Shown here: piece after piece, positions 29,281 through 38,934 of the stretch
Layout of the letters: each line of letters opens with the position of its first letter
How positions within the stretch are numbered: position 1 is the stretch's first letter
Assembly (NCBI GenBank): GCA_964619725.1
Contig: CAZUFC010000057.1
Coordinates: forward strand, 1-51,441
From: an uncultured bacterium
GTDB taxonomy: Bacteria; CSSED10-310; CAZUFC01
Length of the DNA: 51,441 nucleotides
Direction: 5' to 3'
Program-made: the position numbers and the translations under genes
Notes under the pieces: model-generated
Seen by the model: only the letters and a program-made list of their open reading frames with translations
The model's database searches: none
Told to the model about the DNA's origin: nothing

Positions 29281-30834
29281 TCATATTTCAACTTTTCTGG
29301 ACCTGATGAAATTCAGGTCTCTGGAAAACAGGTTTCTTATGTCGTCCACTCCGATAGCGACCATAGCCATCCGATCTAAACCCAGTCCCCAGGCGATCAC
29401 GGGAACATCAATGCCCAGCGGTCGCGTCACTTCAGGTCGAAAAATGCCGGAACCGCCCAGTTCCATCCAGCCCAGTCTGGGATGCTTCATGTGCACTTCC
29501 ACCGATGGTTCGGTAAACGGAAAATAGGCCGGCTCGAATCGTATCTCTTTGGCGCGGGCTATTTCCAGAGCGAATAATTTCAACAGTCCCAGCAGATTCT
29601 TAAAGTTTATCTTTTCATCCAGCACTATGCCTTCAATCTGAAAAAAGTCGGGAGCATGCGTGGCATCCACGCTGTCATACCGAAAACAACGGGCTATGGC
29701 GAAATATTTCCCCGGTATTTTGGGCTTTGAAGCCAGCGTTCGCGCTGAAAGAACCGTCCCGTGACTTCTCATAATCAGACGCCGCGTTTTCTTCGTATCA
29801 AAATTGTATCCCCATCCTTTCGATCCTGTGTCGAATCCCCTTTCATGAGCATCCGCAACCTGCTCAAGATAAGGTTCATCAATGTATTCCGCGTGGGTTG
29901 GGTTTTTCAGAAAATAAGCGTCGTGTATCTGTCGCGCAGAATGGAACTGCGGCATGAACAATGCGTCCATATTCCAGAATTCCGTTTCTACTATGGGACC
30001 CTGCATCTCCTCAAAACCGAGCGCTATCATCTTATGCTTGACGAAATCCAGAAATTCGCCGTAAGGATGCCGGTGGCCGGGAATTGCGCGAGGCGGAGGA
30101 AGATGAATATTGTATTTCCTGAAGGTATATTTTTTCCAGCTTCCGTCCTTCAACATTTCAGGCGTCAGTCGAGATTCCTCATCGCCCGTCAATCCGCCTT
30201 CCGCCACCTGCTGTAAAACTTCACGACCTCTTGCAGTAATAGAAAAAGTCGGAACGCTTCTTTCTTTTACACGAAAAACAGCTTTTCCCCCGCGCTTTCT
30301 GGAACCTGCCAGAACGGAGTCCCTGTATTTCGTTTCCAAGTCATTCAGGCGCAGCGTCCCTTTTTCTGATATGTAACGCAGGCATTCCTGCGTCAATTCA
30401 TATTTTTCCAGAGAAATCGATTCATCAAAAGATAGAATGCCGCCCTTTCCGATTTTTATTATACCTTCTTTTTTCAATTCGCCTATCGCATTCGTTTTCT
30501 CACGCTTTTCCATGTCATCGCGACTCATAACTTCACGCATCCCGACTCGTCCTTCACCTTCCTTCACCTGGCGGATTATCCTTAATTCCGGTATTTCCGT
30601 CTCTAAATATTCCTTGCCCGTTTCGGACAAAGAAACTTCTTTGAAAATATCTTCATGGATCGTTTCGATCAATCCTCGAGTCAGCAGCCACTCCTCTCCG
30701 CGGCGCACCTGGCCTTCGTTTAAATCGGTATGCTCGATCAGTTCGTCATGCTTCCTTCTCTCTTGCGTTTCAAATGTCCTTAATACTTTTATTTCCAGTG
30801 GGTGTAACGAATCAGTCTCAATGGAATTCGGCAT
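29281..30834 (-). CDS. pheS: Phenylalanine--tRNA ligase alpha subunit, long archaeal/eukaryotic type
   Basis: N-terminal wHTH extension, FWNMDALFMPQFHSAR, FRYDSVDATH, YFPFTEPS, GSGIFRPE, AWGLGLDR. Confidence 0.95.
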   Translation of the reverse strand: MPNSIETDSLHPLEIKVLRTFETQERRKHDELIEHTDLNEGQVRRGEEWLLTRGLIETIHEDIFKEVSLSETGKEYLETEIPELRIIRQVKEGEGRVGMREVMSRDDMEKREKTNAIGELKKEGIIKIGKGGILSFDESISLEKYELTQECLRYISEKGTLRLNDLETKYRDSVLAGSRKRGGKAVFRVKERSVPTFSITARGREVLQQVAEGGLTGDEESRLTPEMLKDGSWKKYTFRKYNIHLPPPRAIPGHRHPYGEFLDFVKHKMIALGFEEMQGPIVETEFWNMDALFMPQFHSARQIHDAYFLKNPTHAEYIDEPYLEQVADAHERGFDTGSKGWGYNFDTKKTRRLIMRSHGTVLSARTLASKPKIPGKYFAIARCFRYDSVDATHAPDFFQIEGIVLDEKINFKNLLGLLKLFALEIARAKEIRFEPAYFPFTEPSVEVHMKHPRLGWMELGGSGIFRPEVTRPLGIDVPVIAWGLGLDRMAMVAIGVDDIRNLFSRDLNFIRSRKVEI

Positions 30835-30877
30835 TTTTCCTGCTCCCTTCAATCCGCAGAAATTAAACAGGGCTCAG

Positions 30878-30906
30878 ATTCTAACGGTTTCAATTCGCCC
30901 GGTCAA
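30878..30906 (-). promoter_or_regulatory. sigma70-type promoter of pheST
   Basis: Minus strand TTGACC-N17-TAGAAT. Confidence 0.6.
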
Positions 30907-31046
30907 GGGAATCCGTAATAGAATCCGAAATTTGCGGAACATCACTACTGAAATACGGCATCTTGCATTTTTACGATTTTTAGTGCAAAACATTAAAAGG
31001 TCGACGGACTTCTGCGACATTTTTCAACATTTAAAAGGAGTCACGA

Positions 31047-33086
31047 ATGAGGGAATTGAATACTTACGTGATCAGAATTTTTATTTATTTAAGCATGATC
31101 GTGATAATGACTTTACCTGCGAAAGGAGCGACTTATTTCGTCGACGACGACAACGAAGCAGGCCCCTGGATGGGTACGCGGGATTATCCTTTTAAAACGA
31201 TTTCCTCCGGTCTCGATTTCGCCGGCGAAGGAGACGTAATTTGCGCTGCAGAAGGCATTTACGAAGAAACGTTAGCGGTTCCATTCAATGTAACCTTAAA
31301 GGGAGGATATGAAACTGGATGGGAAGCACGTGACCCGCGGAATTTTATGACCATCGTCGACGGAGGCGGGAATTCAACCATAGTTACGATAACGAGCGGA
31401 TCAATCATTGACGGGCTTATCGTTCAAAACGGCGCAGTGGGCGTTCAAGCCTCTTCGACCGGCATCATGACTGTACGGAATTGTCTGATTCGTAATCTCC
31501 AGGGAGAAGACGGAGACCCGGGCGGAGCCTATCCTCCAAAACAGGGCGCTGCGGCCTATGGAATCGACGTGGAATACGCATCGCTTCAGATTGAAGACAA
31601 TGTGATCGAAAATATCTGTGCAGGAGCTGGCGGAGACGGTGGTATTGCAGAATATTCGGCGTATCCTGGAGCGCCGGGCGGTGAGGCTGCCGGAATAAGA
31701 ACCCTTCACACAGAGGGTTTGACAATTGAAAATAATGTTTTTTCGCAAATTTACGGCGGTGCAGGCGGAGAGGGCGGATGGGACGGCTGGAATCATTCCG
31801 AGGACGGCGGCGACGGCGGCCGTGCATACGGCATATTCTGCGATCAGAATATTGATTCCTCCCTTATCGTTTCAAACACCATTTCGAACATCTGGAGCGG
31901 GTCCGGCGGTAATTCGGTATGGGCCCATACGACAGCAGGCGATGGAGGCGCGGCAGGAACTGCCGGGGGAATTTATATCCTCAACTTCAGCGTCGAAAAC
32001 GAATTCCGGGATAACAGGATAAACGGAATACTCGGCGGAAACGGCGGCGACGGCGGAGATGCCGGAGATTATCCGGGTTGGGGCGAACCCGGTTTCGGCG
32101 GAAACGGCGCCGGGGCCTATGGCATTCACCTTAAATTTACCTCTTCATCGAACAGCATGAATAATCTCATCCGCAGCATTACAGGCGGCGACGGAGGCGA
32201 CGGAGGCGGCGGATGGTCGCTGTCAATTTGCGGAGACGGCGGCGACGGCGGAAATGGGGACGGAATGTATCTCGGCTATAGCGATTCCGGCGAGTTTCAA
32301 AGCTGCAACAATACGATTCACAATGTAAGCGGAGGAAATGGCGGTAACGGAGGCTTATCAATGCAATATCCGGCAAAGGTTCCGGCTTGCGAAAACGATA
32401 TCGCCGCAATAAAGGCTAACAGTAAAAACATCAGACCAACCAGCAAATATTTAACGCCGACCCCGACGCCTTATCAGGAACCGACGCCCACGTACACGCC
32501 GACGGGCGGTCCGAACTGTTGCGGTTCCGGCGGCGACGGCGGCGACGCACGAGGCATCCACAGAGGCTATGGTATGCAAGAAGATGAATATCTAAGCAAT
32601 ATCATATCCGGAATCTATGGCGGTAATCCCGGCGAATGCTTCTCTCCGCAAACAGGTCCGGGATACGGTTTCTCCAGCGCCGACGCCTCCCTCACCCTGG
32701 AACATAATAACCTCTATGATTGCAGTTCGGCACTCTATCACAATTGCTCTCCCGGTACCGGGGCTATGAACGCCGACCCGCTCTGGACATCCGGACCGCT
32801 GGGCGACCACTACCTCTCTTCGTCTGCTTCCGGACAACCCGCTGACAGCCCCTGCATCAACGCCGGCGACACCTCTGCACTAGATCGCGGCCTCGCACAA
32901 AATTATACCGTTCAGACAAACCATCACTTCGATGAACAAACGGTCGACATGGGATACCATTATTACATAAAGCCTCCTGATAATCCGGTTCCTGCCTCAT
33001 CTGCCGTGACCTGTATACTGACCGCCGTCCTCTTAAGCGCTGCGATGTTGCTGCGGAAGGGCTCTGCCCCCTGGTCGAACCCTTGA
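31047..33086 (+). CDS. Secreted right-handed beta-helix (DUF1565-like start) protein with Gly-rich loops and IPTL-CTERM-like anchor
   Basis: Signal peptide, YFVD..GT..PFKTI..G.YEE, N.I.NI.GG.GG.GG...AYGI coils, DSPCINAG, VPASSA-TM-RK. Confidence 0.85.
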   Translation: MRELNTYVIRIFIYLSMIVIMTLPAKGATYFVDDDNEAGPWMGTRDYPFKTISSGLDFAGEGDVICAAEGIYEETLAVPFNVTLKGGYETGWEARDPRNFMTIVDGGGNSTIVTITSGSIIDGLIVQNGAVGVQASSTGIMTVRNCLIRNLQGEDGDPGGAYPPKQGAAAYGIDVEYASLQIEDNVIENICAGAGGDGGIAEYSAYPGAPGGEAAGIRTLHTEGLTIENNVFSQIYGGAGGEGGWDGWNHSEDGGDGGRAYGIFCDQNIDSSLIVSNTISNIWSGSGGNSVWAHTTAGDGGAAGTAGGIYILNFSVENEFRDNRINGILGGNGGDGGDAGDYPGWGEPGFGGNGAGAYGIHLKFTSSSNSMNNLIRSITGGDGGDGGGGWSLSICGDGGDGGNGDGMYLGYSDSGEFQSCNNTIHNVSGGNGGNGGLSMQYPAKVPACENDIAAIKANSKNIRPTSKYLTPTPTPYQEPTPTYTPTGGPNCCGSGGDGGDARGIHRGYGMQEDEYLSNIISGIYGGNPGECFSPQTGPGYGFSSADASLTLEHNNLYDCSSALYHNCSPGTGAMNADPLWTSGPLGDHYLSSSASGQPADSPCINAGDTSALDRGLAQNYTVQTNHHFDEQTVDMGYHYYIKPPDNPVPASSAVTCILTAVLLSAAMLLRKGSAPWSNP

Positions 33087-33090
33087 CGGT

Positions 33091-33603
33091 TCAAATTTGA
33101 AGAGACATATGTTTCTCATCCAGATATTTGCCTTCAACTTTTAAGGCTTCTTTTTCCCTTCCGTAGGTTATGAAACCGGCTGATTCATATAATTTCACGG
33201 CAGGCTTGTTTACGGACACGACCGAAAGGTTGAGCCGGCGAATGCCCGGTATATTTTTAGCCTGAGATATGGCTTCCTCCAACAACCGGCGACCGATTCC
33301 CCGGCCCCTGAATTCGGGAGTCACATACATGCCGAAAATTACCGCTTTATGATTTAATTTAATGTGACGCTCCCGATAAATACCCGTCATCCCAATGAGT
33401 TCGCCGTTGCTCGCGAACGCTCCCAGCGCTCGACTCGAATCGGATGACAACCTTCCCGCTACGAATTCCAGCGTGTAATGGGACTCTTCAGCGTAACTGG
33501 ATGAAAAAGCTTCAGGACTTTCCCGCAACGCCTTCAGCCGTAATGTCTGAAAAATCTTCGCTTGCTCCGGACCGAGAACTCTGATTCGGAATTCGTCTTG
33601 CAT
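33091..33603 (-). CDS. GNAT family N-acetyltransferase
   Basis: LRLKALRESPEAF, MYVTPEFRGRGIG, N..AVKLYESAGF. Confidence 0.93.
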   Translation of the reverse strand: MQDEFRIRVLGPEQAKIFQTLRLKALRESPEAFSSSYAEESHYTLEFVAGRLSSDSSRALGAFASNGELIGMTGIYRERHIKLNHKAVIFGMYVTPEFRGRGIGRRLLEEAISQAKNIPGIRRLNLSVVSVNKPAVKLYESAGFITYGREKEALKVEGKYLDEKHMSLQI

Positions 33604-33615
33604 AGTTACGTGACG

Positions 33616-34629
33616 TTAGTCCCAAAGCCCCTTTTTCCTCAAGGCGAATTCAGCCGCTGTTTTAACGGCGATGATCATGTTTTCATGTTCCGCCATGTTT
33701 TTCCAGGCTATATCAAACGCAGTCCCGTGTCCGACCGAAGTCCTTATTATGGGAAGTCCGGCCAGAAGCGTCACCACTTTGCCGAATCCTATGAGTTTAG
33801 CGGCCATAAGACCCTGATCGTGATACATGGTCAGGACCATATCGTAAATTCCTTTTCTGGCTTTTACGAAGAGAGTATCAGCGGGATAAGGTCCCGCAAC
33901 GCGTATGCCCTCTTCTTCCGCTGCTTTCATCGCCGGGGTTATTATTTTTATCTCCTCGTCGCCGAATAACCCGGATTCTCCCGCATGAGGATTAATTCCG
34001 GCTACAGCTATCAGCGGTTCCTCAAATCCTAATCCGATAAGCGTATCATGCGCCAGTTTCAACATGCCGAGAACATTTTCATAAGTGACCATATCAAGCG
34101 CTTCACGCAGGGCCATATGCCGGGATAGCAACATTAACCTTATCCTGCCCATAATCATAATCATCGCGTAACGTTCCGATTCGCACAATTCTCCCAGAAT
34201 TTGAGTATGTCCTTCATAGTTATGTCCTGCTGAATTCATGGCCGCTTTGTTCAACGGCGCGGACGTCATTCCGTCGATTCGTCCTTCAAGCGCCAGAAGT
34301 CCGGCAGCCTTGGTGTATCTTACGGCAGCATCTCCATTCATGGCATCCACCGTCCCCGCACGCCATCGTTCAATATCAATGTCGTTAAAATCAAGAACCT
34401 CTACAACGCCGTATCGAAACTCACATTCTTCCGGCTCACCGACAGATTTCAATTCCAAATTGGTCCGCGTAGTTTTCGCGGCTTTTCTCATTATATCCAA
34501 ATCCCCCAGAACAAACGGCCGACAAGCTTCATATATGGTCGCATTTATCAGGCTTTTAATGATTATCTCCGGCCCGATGCCCGCAGCATCTCCCATCGTT
34601 ATGCCGATAATCGGTTTGTAATCGCTCAT
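33616..34629 (-). CDS. pdxA: 4-hydroxythreonine-4-phosphate dehydrogenase PdxA (or PdxA2)
   Basis: GITMGDAAGIGPE, GHT, NPHAGE, MYHDQG, RTSVGHGTAFDIA. Confidence 0.92.
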   Translation of the reverse strand: MSDYKPIIGITMGDAAGIGPEIIIKSLINATIYEACRPFVLGDLDIMRKAAKTTRTNLELKSVGEPEECEFRYGVVEVLDFNDIDIERWRAGTVDAMNGDAAVRYTKAAGLLALEGRIDGMTSAPLNKAAMNSAGHNYEGHTQILGELCESERYAMIMIMGRIRLMLLSRHMALREALDMVTYENVLGMLKLAHDTLIGLGFEEPLIAVAGINPHAGESGLFGDEEIKIITPAMKAAEEEGIRVAGPYPADTLFVKARKGIYDMVLTMYHDQGLMAAKLIGFGKVVTLLAGLPIIRTSVGHGTAFDIAWKNMAEHENMIIAVKTAAEFALRKKGLWD

Positions 34630-34669
34630 CTCCCCGCTCCTTCCCCAAAGAAAGCGTTCAAAACAGAAT

Positions 34670-35119
34670 TCATTTTATACCCTTAATATATCTCATCTCG
34701 CCGGCTTCCGCCTTTTTATGACCGCGCCGACTTATTCCGCTGTCGAGAATTAAAGTTACCGGCCCGTCGTTGACGAACGATATCTGAACCTCATCCGCCG
34801 GAGCTTTAACCGCAGCAACGCCTCTCCTGCCTAACTCTTCACTCGCTTTTTCCAAAAGCTCGTCAGCCTCTTCTCCCGCCTGATCCGTCAGCTTGTTAAG
34901 CGACAAAAGGACTCTTGACGTAGCCATTTCCATAACGGAAAGATTCATTTTTCCCGATTTATCCTCGAATATCCGCAATCCTGCCGCTTTCTGTCCTATG
35001 AAAGCAGCCTCCTTCTGCGTATCGCCGGCCTCCGTCGTTATAAAAAGAACCAGTCCGGGACCATTGAATTCTCCCGCAGACGAACGGAAATATGATGTCC
35101 TCTGCAGTATGCACTTCAT
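34670..35119 (-). CDS. dtd: D-aminoacyl-tRNA deacylase-like protein (divergent)
   Basis: LQR, LRIFED..GKMNLSV and NDGPVT present; SQFTL and RPSF motifs absent. Confidence 0.75.
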   Translation of the reverse strand: MKCILQRTSYFRSSAGEFNGPGLVLFITTEAGDTQKEAAFIGQKAAGLRIFEDKSGKMNLSVMEMATSRVLLSLNKLTDQAGEEADELLEKASEELGRRGVAAVKAPADEVQISFVNDGPVTLILDSGISRRGHKKAEAGEMRYIKGIK

Positions 35120-35362
35120 AGGCGCTCCGTCTCCTTATAAAAAATTTCCAAAAACTACGGAAAGATTCATAGCAGCCTTCCCAAACAGAAAATCACTAGC
35201 ATAATAGAAGAAAAAACAGGATTGTGCAAATGGCTGTCTTCATTCTTAATCACTTTGATAATACAAACTGTTCTCCTCCTGTCATGCAGAAATTCAAGGA
35301 TCGCCGGATGCTTCACTCATAAGGCTTCCGGCAGGATGCTGACCGCTAACGTACGATTTTTC

Positions 35363-36574
35363 TCAGTGTTTTGCCAGGCTGCTGATCAGTTCAAACAATT
35401 TCACGGTATTTTTTTCAAGATTGAAATCGTTCTGGATTTTTCGGCGGCCCCGCTTCCCCATATACTCTCTTGTTTTCGGCTCTGAAGCCAGCTTGTGAAC
35501 GGCTTCTGCTATAGCGTCCGCATCACCGTAAGGAATCAATATCCCTGAAGCTCCGTCGTCGACAAGTTCCCTGATGGAGCCGGCTGAGGTAGTAATCACG
35601 GGCAGCCCGGAAGCCATTGCTTCCATCAAGGAGACCGGTATGCCTTCCACGCCTGAAGGAAGAACGAAGAGGTCGCCGTCACCCAATATTTTCTTCAATT
35701 CGTGCATATCAACATGTCCTGCCAGTTTGACCGAGGCATTCACATTCAGGCAGTTGATCATCGATTGCAGTTTTTCCTGTTCAGGACCCGATCCTGCAAT
35801 GGTCAACGTCGCCTTGGGAAATGACTTTAATATAACCGGCATGGCCTGGATCATGTAATCGAAACCCTTTGTTTCAATAAGTCTTCCGATGGTTATGATC
35901 TTCGGATTATCTTCGTCGGCTTTCCTGTGATCCTTTATCGAAAATTCAGACGGATCGACGCCGAGATGAACCACTTTGGTTTTATGACGGTATTGGGGGA
36001 ATTTTGCATCGAGGTATTCTTTGTTAGCCCTGGATATGCAAGAAACAAAGCCGCAACCGGACAGTTTCTGCTTCAAAAAGACAGATGTGGAGTACAAATC
36101 GTAAACGTGCGCGGAAAAACTGTAGGGAATGTCCGTCATGCTTAACACGATCCAGGCTGAAGTCGCGGGCAGCGATGCCCAGGATGCGTGAATATATTCG
36201 ACGCCTTCTTTTTCCATTATTTCAGCGAAATAGATCGATTTGGGGAATATCGCCAGCGATTTGATGAAAATGCGGGGATTCTTTAAAGTGAATATCGCTA
36301 AACGAATCAGGGTTTTTAAATACCGAAACGGCATCCTGGAAAAAAATCGGAGATTGGCCGCTATCAGAGAAAAAGAAAGAAAAAAAGGACTGCTGTGAGT
36401 AATAGTCGACAAATCCTGATAATCCGCCGGCAGTTCGGAACAGGGCGATTTCAGGGAATAAACGGAAATCTCCGCTCCCAGCTCCCTCATTTTCCGCACT
36501 TCACGTATGATGAATGCGGAAACGGGTTCCGGAAATCGTACCTGGAGATAAGCTATTTTCATAATGATGCACAA
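35363..36574 (-). CDS. GT4 glycosyltransferase (WcaL-like)
   Basis: FP...FIIRE, GRLIETKG, EGIPVSLMEAMASGLPVI. Confidence 0.93.
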   Translation of the reverse strand: MCIIMKIAYLQVRFPEPVSAFIIREVRKMRELGAEISVYSLKSPCSELPADYQDLSTITHSSPFFLSFSLIAANLRFFSRMPFRYLKTLIRLAIFTLKNPRIFIKSLAIFPKSIYFAEIMEKEGVEYIHASWASLPATSAWIVLSMTDIPYSFSAHVYDLYSTSVFLKQKLSGCGFVSCISRANKEYLDAKFPQYRHKTKVVHLGVDPSEFSIKDHRKADEDNPKIITIGRLIETKGFDYMIQAMPVILKSFPKATLTIAGSGPEQEKLQSMINCLNVNASVKLAGHVDMHELKKILGDGDLFVLPSGVEGIPVSLMEAMASGLPVITTSAGSIRELVDDGASGILIPYGDADAIAEAVHKLASEPKTREYMGKRGRRKIQNDFNLEKNTVKLFELISSLAKH

Positions 36575-36712
36575 ATCCGACGAACTAGATTAATCATAAA
36601 TAATTTCCCAGGGAAATACGCCGGCGAGTACCCGGCCCGTACAGCCCCCACCCTGCTGAACATGATAGGATTATTGCATGACATGTCAAGCATGCAGGGG
36701 AAAAAACGACAC

Positions 36713-36815
36713 GGGACTGATAATCATACCGGGGTTACACTTCGTTAAAAGTTTTGACAGCTTGTTTCTGTAATCGGGGTCGGTGTCGGTATCGGTATCG
36801 GGGACGCAACATAAT
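36713..36815 (+). repeat. MITE-like family A copy (right end decayed)
   Basis: GGGACTGATAATCATACCGGGGTTACAC...GTTTTGACAG.TTGTTTC.GTAATCGGGGTCGG...(6 hexamers). Confidence 0.82.
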
Positions 36816-36978
36816 AATTACGAGGAGATATGTATTGTCCTGATCATATTTTCAAAGCTTCTTAATTATTCAAGGCTGAAAAAATCGTCACATCGAAACA
36901 AGGATATCTGATCAGCGCCTAAATTTTCATCCATTACAACAAAAGTCATCGCAGAGCGCCTTTGAATCCGTAAAAAGT

Positions 36979-38256
36979 CTATTCCCAGAACGCTGCCGCA
37001 TCTTCCGGCATTTCGCCCTGACGCAGCAGGCTCATCCTGCCTGCGTCGTCATAACCGTATATCGGGGGAAACGACCGTGAGTTGTAATGGGACCACATGC
37101 TGAATGTGTATCCGCCTGTGTCTTTTACGATCAGGATGTCTCCGGGATTTATCCGCGGCAGTCGGCGTTCTTTTGCAATAAAATCTCCCGAGAAACAGAG
37201 AGGACCCGCTATTTCCCAGGGGATTCCATCTCCTGGTTTAACGCAGCCGTTTTTGTCCAGGAGTATTATTTCATGAAACCAGTTCATGCATGTGGAACGC
37301 AACAGGAGGTCAGAACCGACATGTGTGATCGCTATGTTTTTGCTTCCCGTTTCCTTTACATATTCCACACGTGATGCCGTCCATCCGCAGTCAGTAAAAA
37401 CCGAGCGGCCGAATTCCGTTATTACATTGTAATTGAAAAGTTCCGGTATGTTTTGTTTCAGCGCTGAAGCATATTGTTCGAACGTTATCTCCTTATCGTC
37501 ACTTTTATATCGGATGGGCAAACCTCCTCCGATATCAATGGTTTCAATCTCCAATCCTGCACTTTTCCTCAGTTTTTCAGCAAATTCTACTACAATTTTC
37601 ACTCCCTTGACCAGCATCGACAGCGAACATCCCTGCGAGCCTACATGCAGATGCAAACCATGCAACCAATTTTTTACTCGCGGTGCATTTCTTATATGTT
37701 CTTCAGCTTTGCTTACAGTGACGCCGAATTTTGATGCGGATGCGGCTGTGCTGGTGGCTTCAATTTCACCCATTCCCACTTCGGGATTGATTCTTAAGCC
37801 TATTCCTGCACTGGACTTTCCCCTTTTCTTGATGATGTCATCGACTCTCATCATCTCCTGAATATTGTCCAGATTAACGTAAAAGCCTTTCGCCAGCGCA
37901 TACTCGAGTTCGCTTCTGGTTTTTACCGGCGAATCGAATACTGTTTTTTGCGGAGAAAACCCGGCTTTTTGAGCCGCAACCAATTCGCCGACGGAGGCGC
38001 ATTCGGCGCCGAAACCTGATTTTGAAGCCTCTCTTAAAATAGAAATGATCGGGTTGGCTTTTACGGCTAAAGCATTCAGTATCGGCGGCGGAAAGGCGTT
38101 TTTCAAAAGTCTTAATTTTCTATGGAAATGGTCCAACCCAAAAAAGTTTACCGCTGGACTTCGGTCTGAAATAAGGTTATCTTCCAGCGCTTTTTGTATA
38201 ATTCGGCTTATTTCTTCTTTTGAGGGCTTTCCCAGGTTTTTGCTTTTGCTCATCAA
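36979..38256 (-). CDS. lysA: Diaminopimelate decarboxylase-like group IV PLP decarboxylase
   Basis: AVKANP, LRINP, SKFG, HLHVGSQ, DIGGG, EFGR, GPLCFSGD, YNSR. Confidence 0.75.
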   Translation of the reverse strand: MMSKSKNLGKPSKEEISRIIQKALEDNLISDRSPAVNFFGLDHFHRKLRLLKNAFPPPILNALAVKANPIISILREASKSGFGAECASVGELVAAQKAGFSPQKTVFDSPVKTRSELEYALAKGFYVNLDNIQEMMRVDDIIKKRGKSSAGIGLRINPEVGMGEIEATSTAASASKFGVTVSKAEEHIRNAPRVKNWLHGLHLHVGSQGCSLSMLVKGVKIVVEFAEKLRKSAGLEIETIDIGGGLPIRYKSDDKEITFEQYASALKQNIPELFNYNVITEFGRSVFTDCGWTASRVEYVKETGSKNIAITHVGSDLLLRSTCMNWFHEIILLDKNGCVKPGDGIPWEIAGPLCFSGDFIAKERRLPRINPGDILIVKDTGGYTFSMWSHYNSRSFPPIYGYDDAGRMSLLRQGEMPEDAAAFWE

Positions 38257-38357
38257 TTCAACCCTTTATAATCAAGCCTTTTCTTGTTCAGATTCGTCAG
38301 CTTGATCTGCAGATAATAAACAGGGATTATGAGTCTAATACTTTTCATAACGACTAA

Positions 38358-38386
38358 ATTATAATAAGACCCGCAAGCTCCCGCAA
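38358..38386 (-). promoter_or_regulatory. sigma70-type promoter of the lysA-like gene
   Basis: Minus strand TTGCGG-N17-TATAAT. Confidence 0.5.
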
Positions 38387-38934
38387 GAAGAATATCCAAC
38401 GGACTGGATGTCAAGCGAACCAGCGCATCTCCGATAAATTCCATTCAGGGAAACGGCCACTTGAATATCAATGAATAAAGAATCCCTGTGGATTCCGGAT
38501 AATTCATATTTTATTGATGAAGCGGCAGTAGCTAAATTAGTGCAGGAAGCCGACTTATTGATTCTCTTATATGCGTGATTCACGGTTGTATGGCAAAGAC
38601 CATTTCACCGACGGAAAAGTTGCGATGTTTTTCAAGGCGGAACATCTAACATTGCCGTTTTAAGGTGGAATACTTTTAGAATGAAGCAATGGATAAAACG
38701 CAGCCGAATTATTGAAAGCCGGTAATCTCCACCCCTGTCATCTCTAAAGTCCTTTAGGTCCTTTCAGTCTTTTCAATCCTTAACCAAACAAGCCGACTGA
38801 CCGCTGATTCGGCAACTCTTTTCCCCTTATTCATAGTCAAGCGGCGTTTGCTCGTTTAAGCTTTTTGTAAAATCTCAATGATCTGATATATTTGGGAGTC
38901 GTCTGTTGCTTCTGGAGAGGGTTCACCGGTAAAA

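Noticed and set aside
30437-31195. 252-aa plus-strand ORF
   Set aside because: Antisense to pheS and out of frame with the next gene; Ser/Phe-rich shadow composition.
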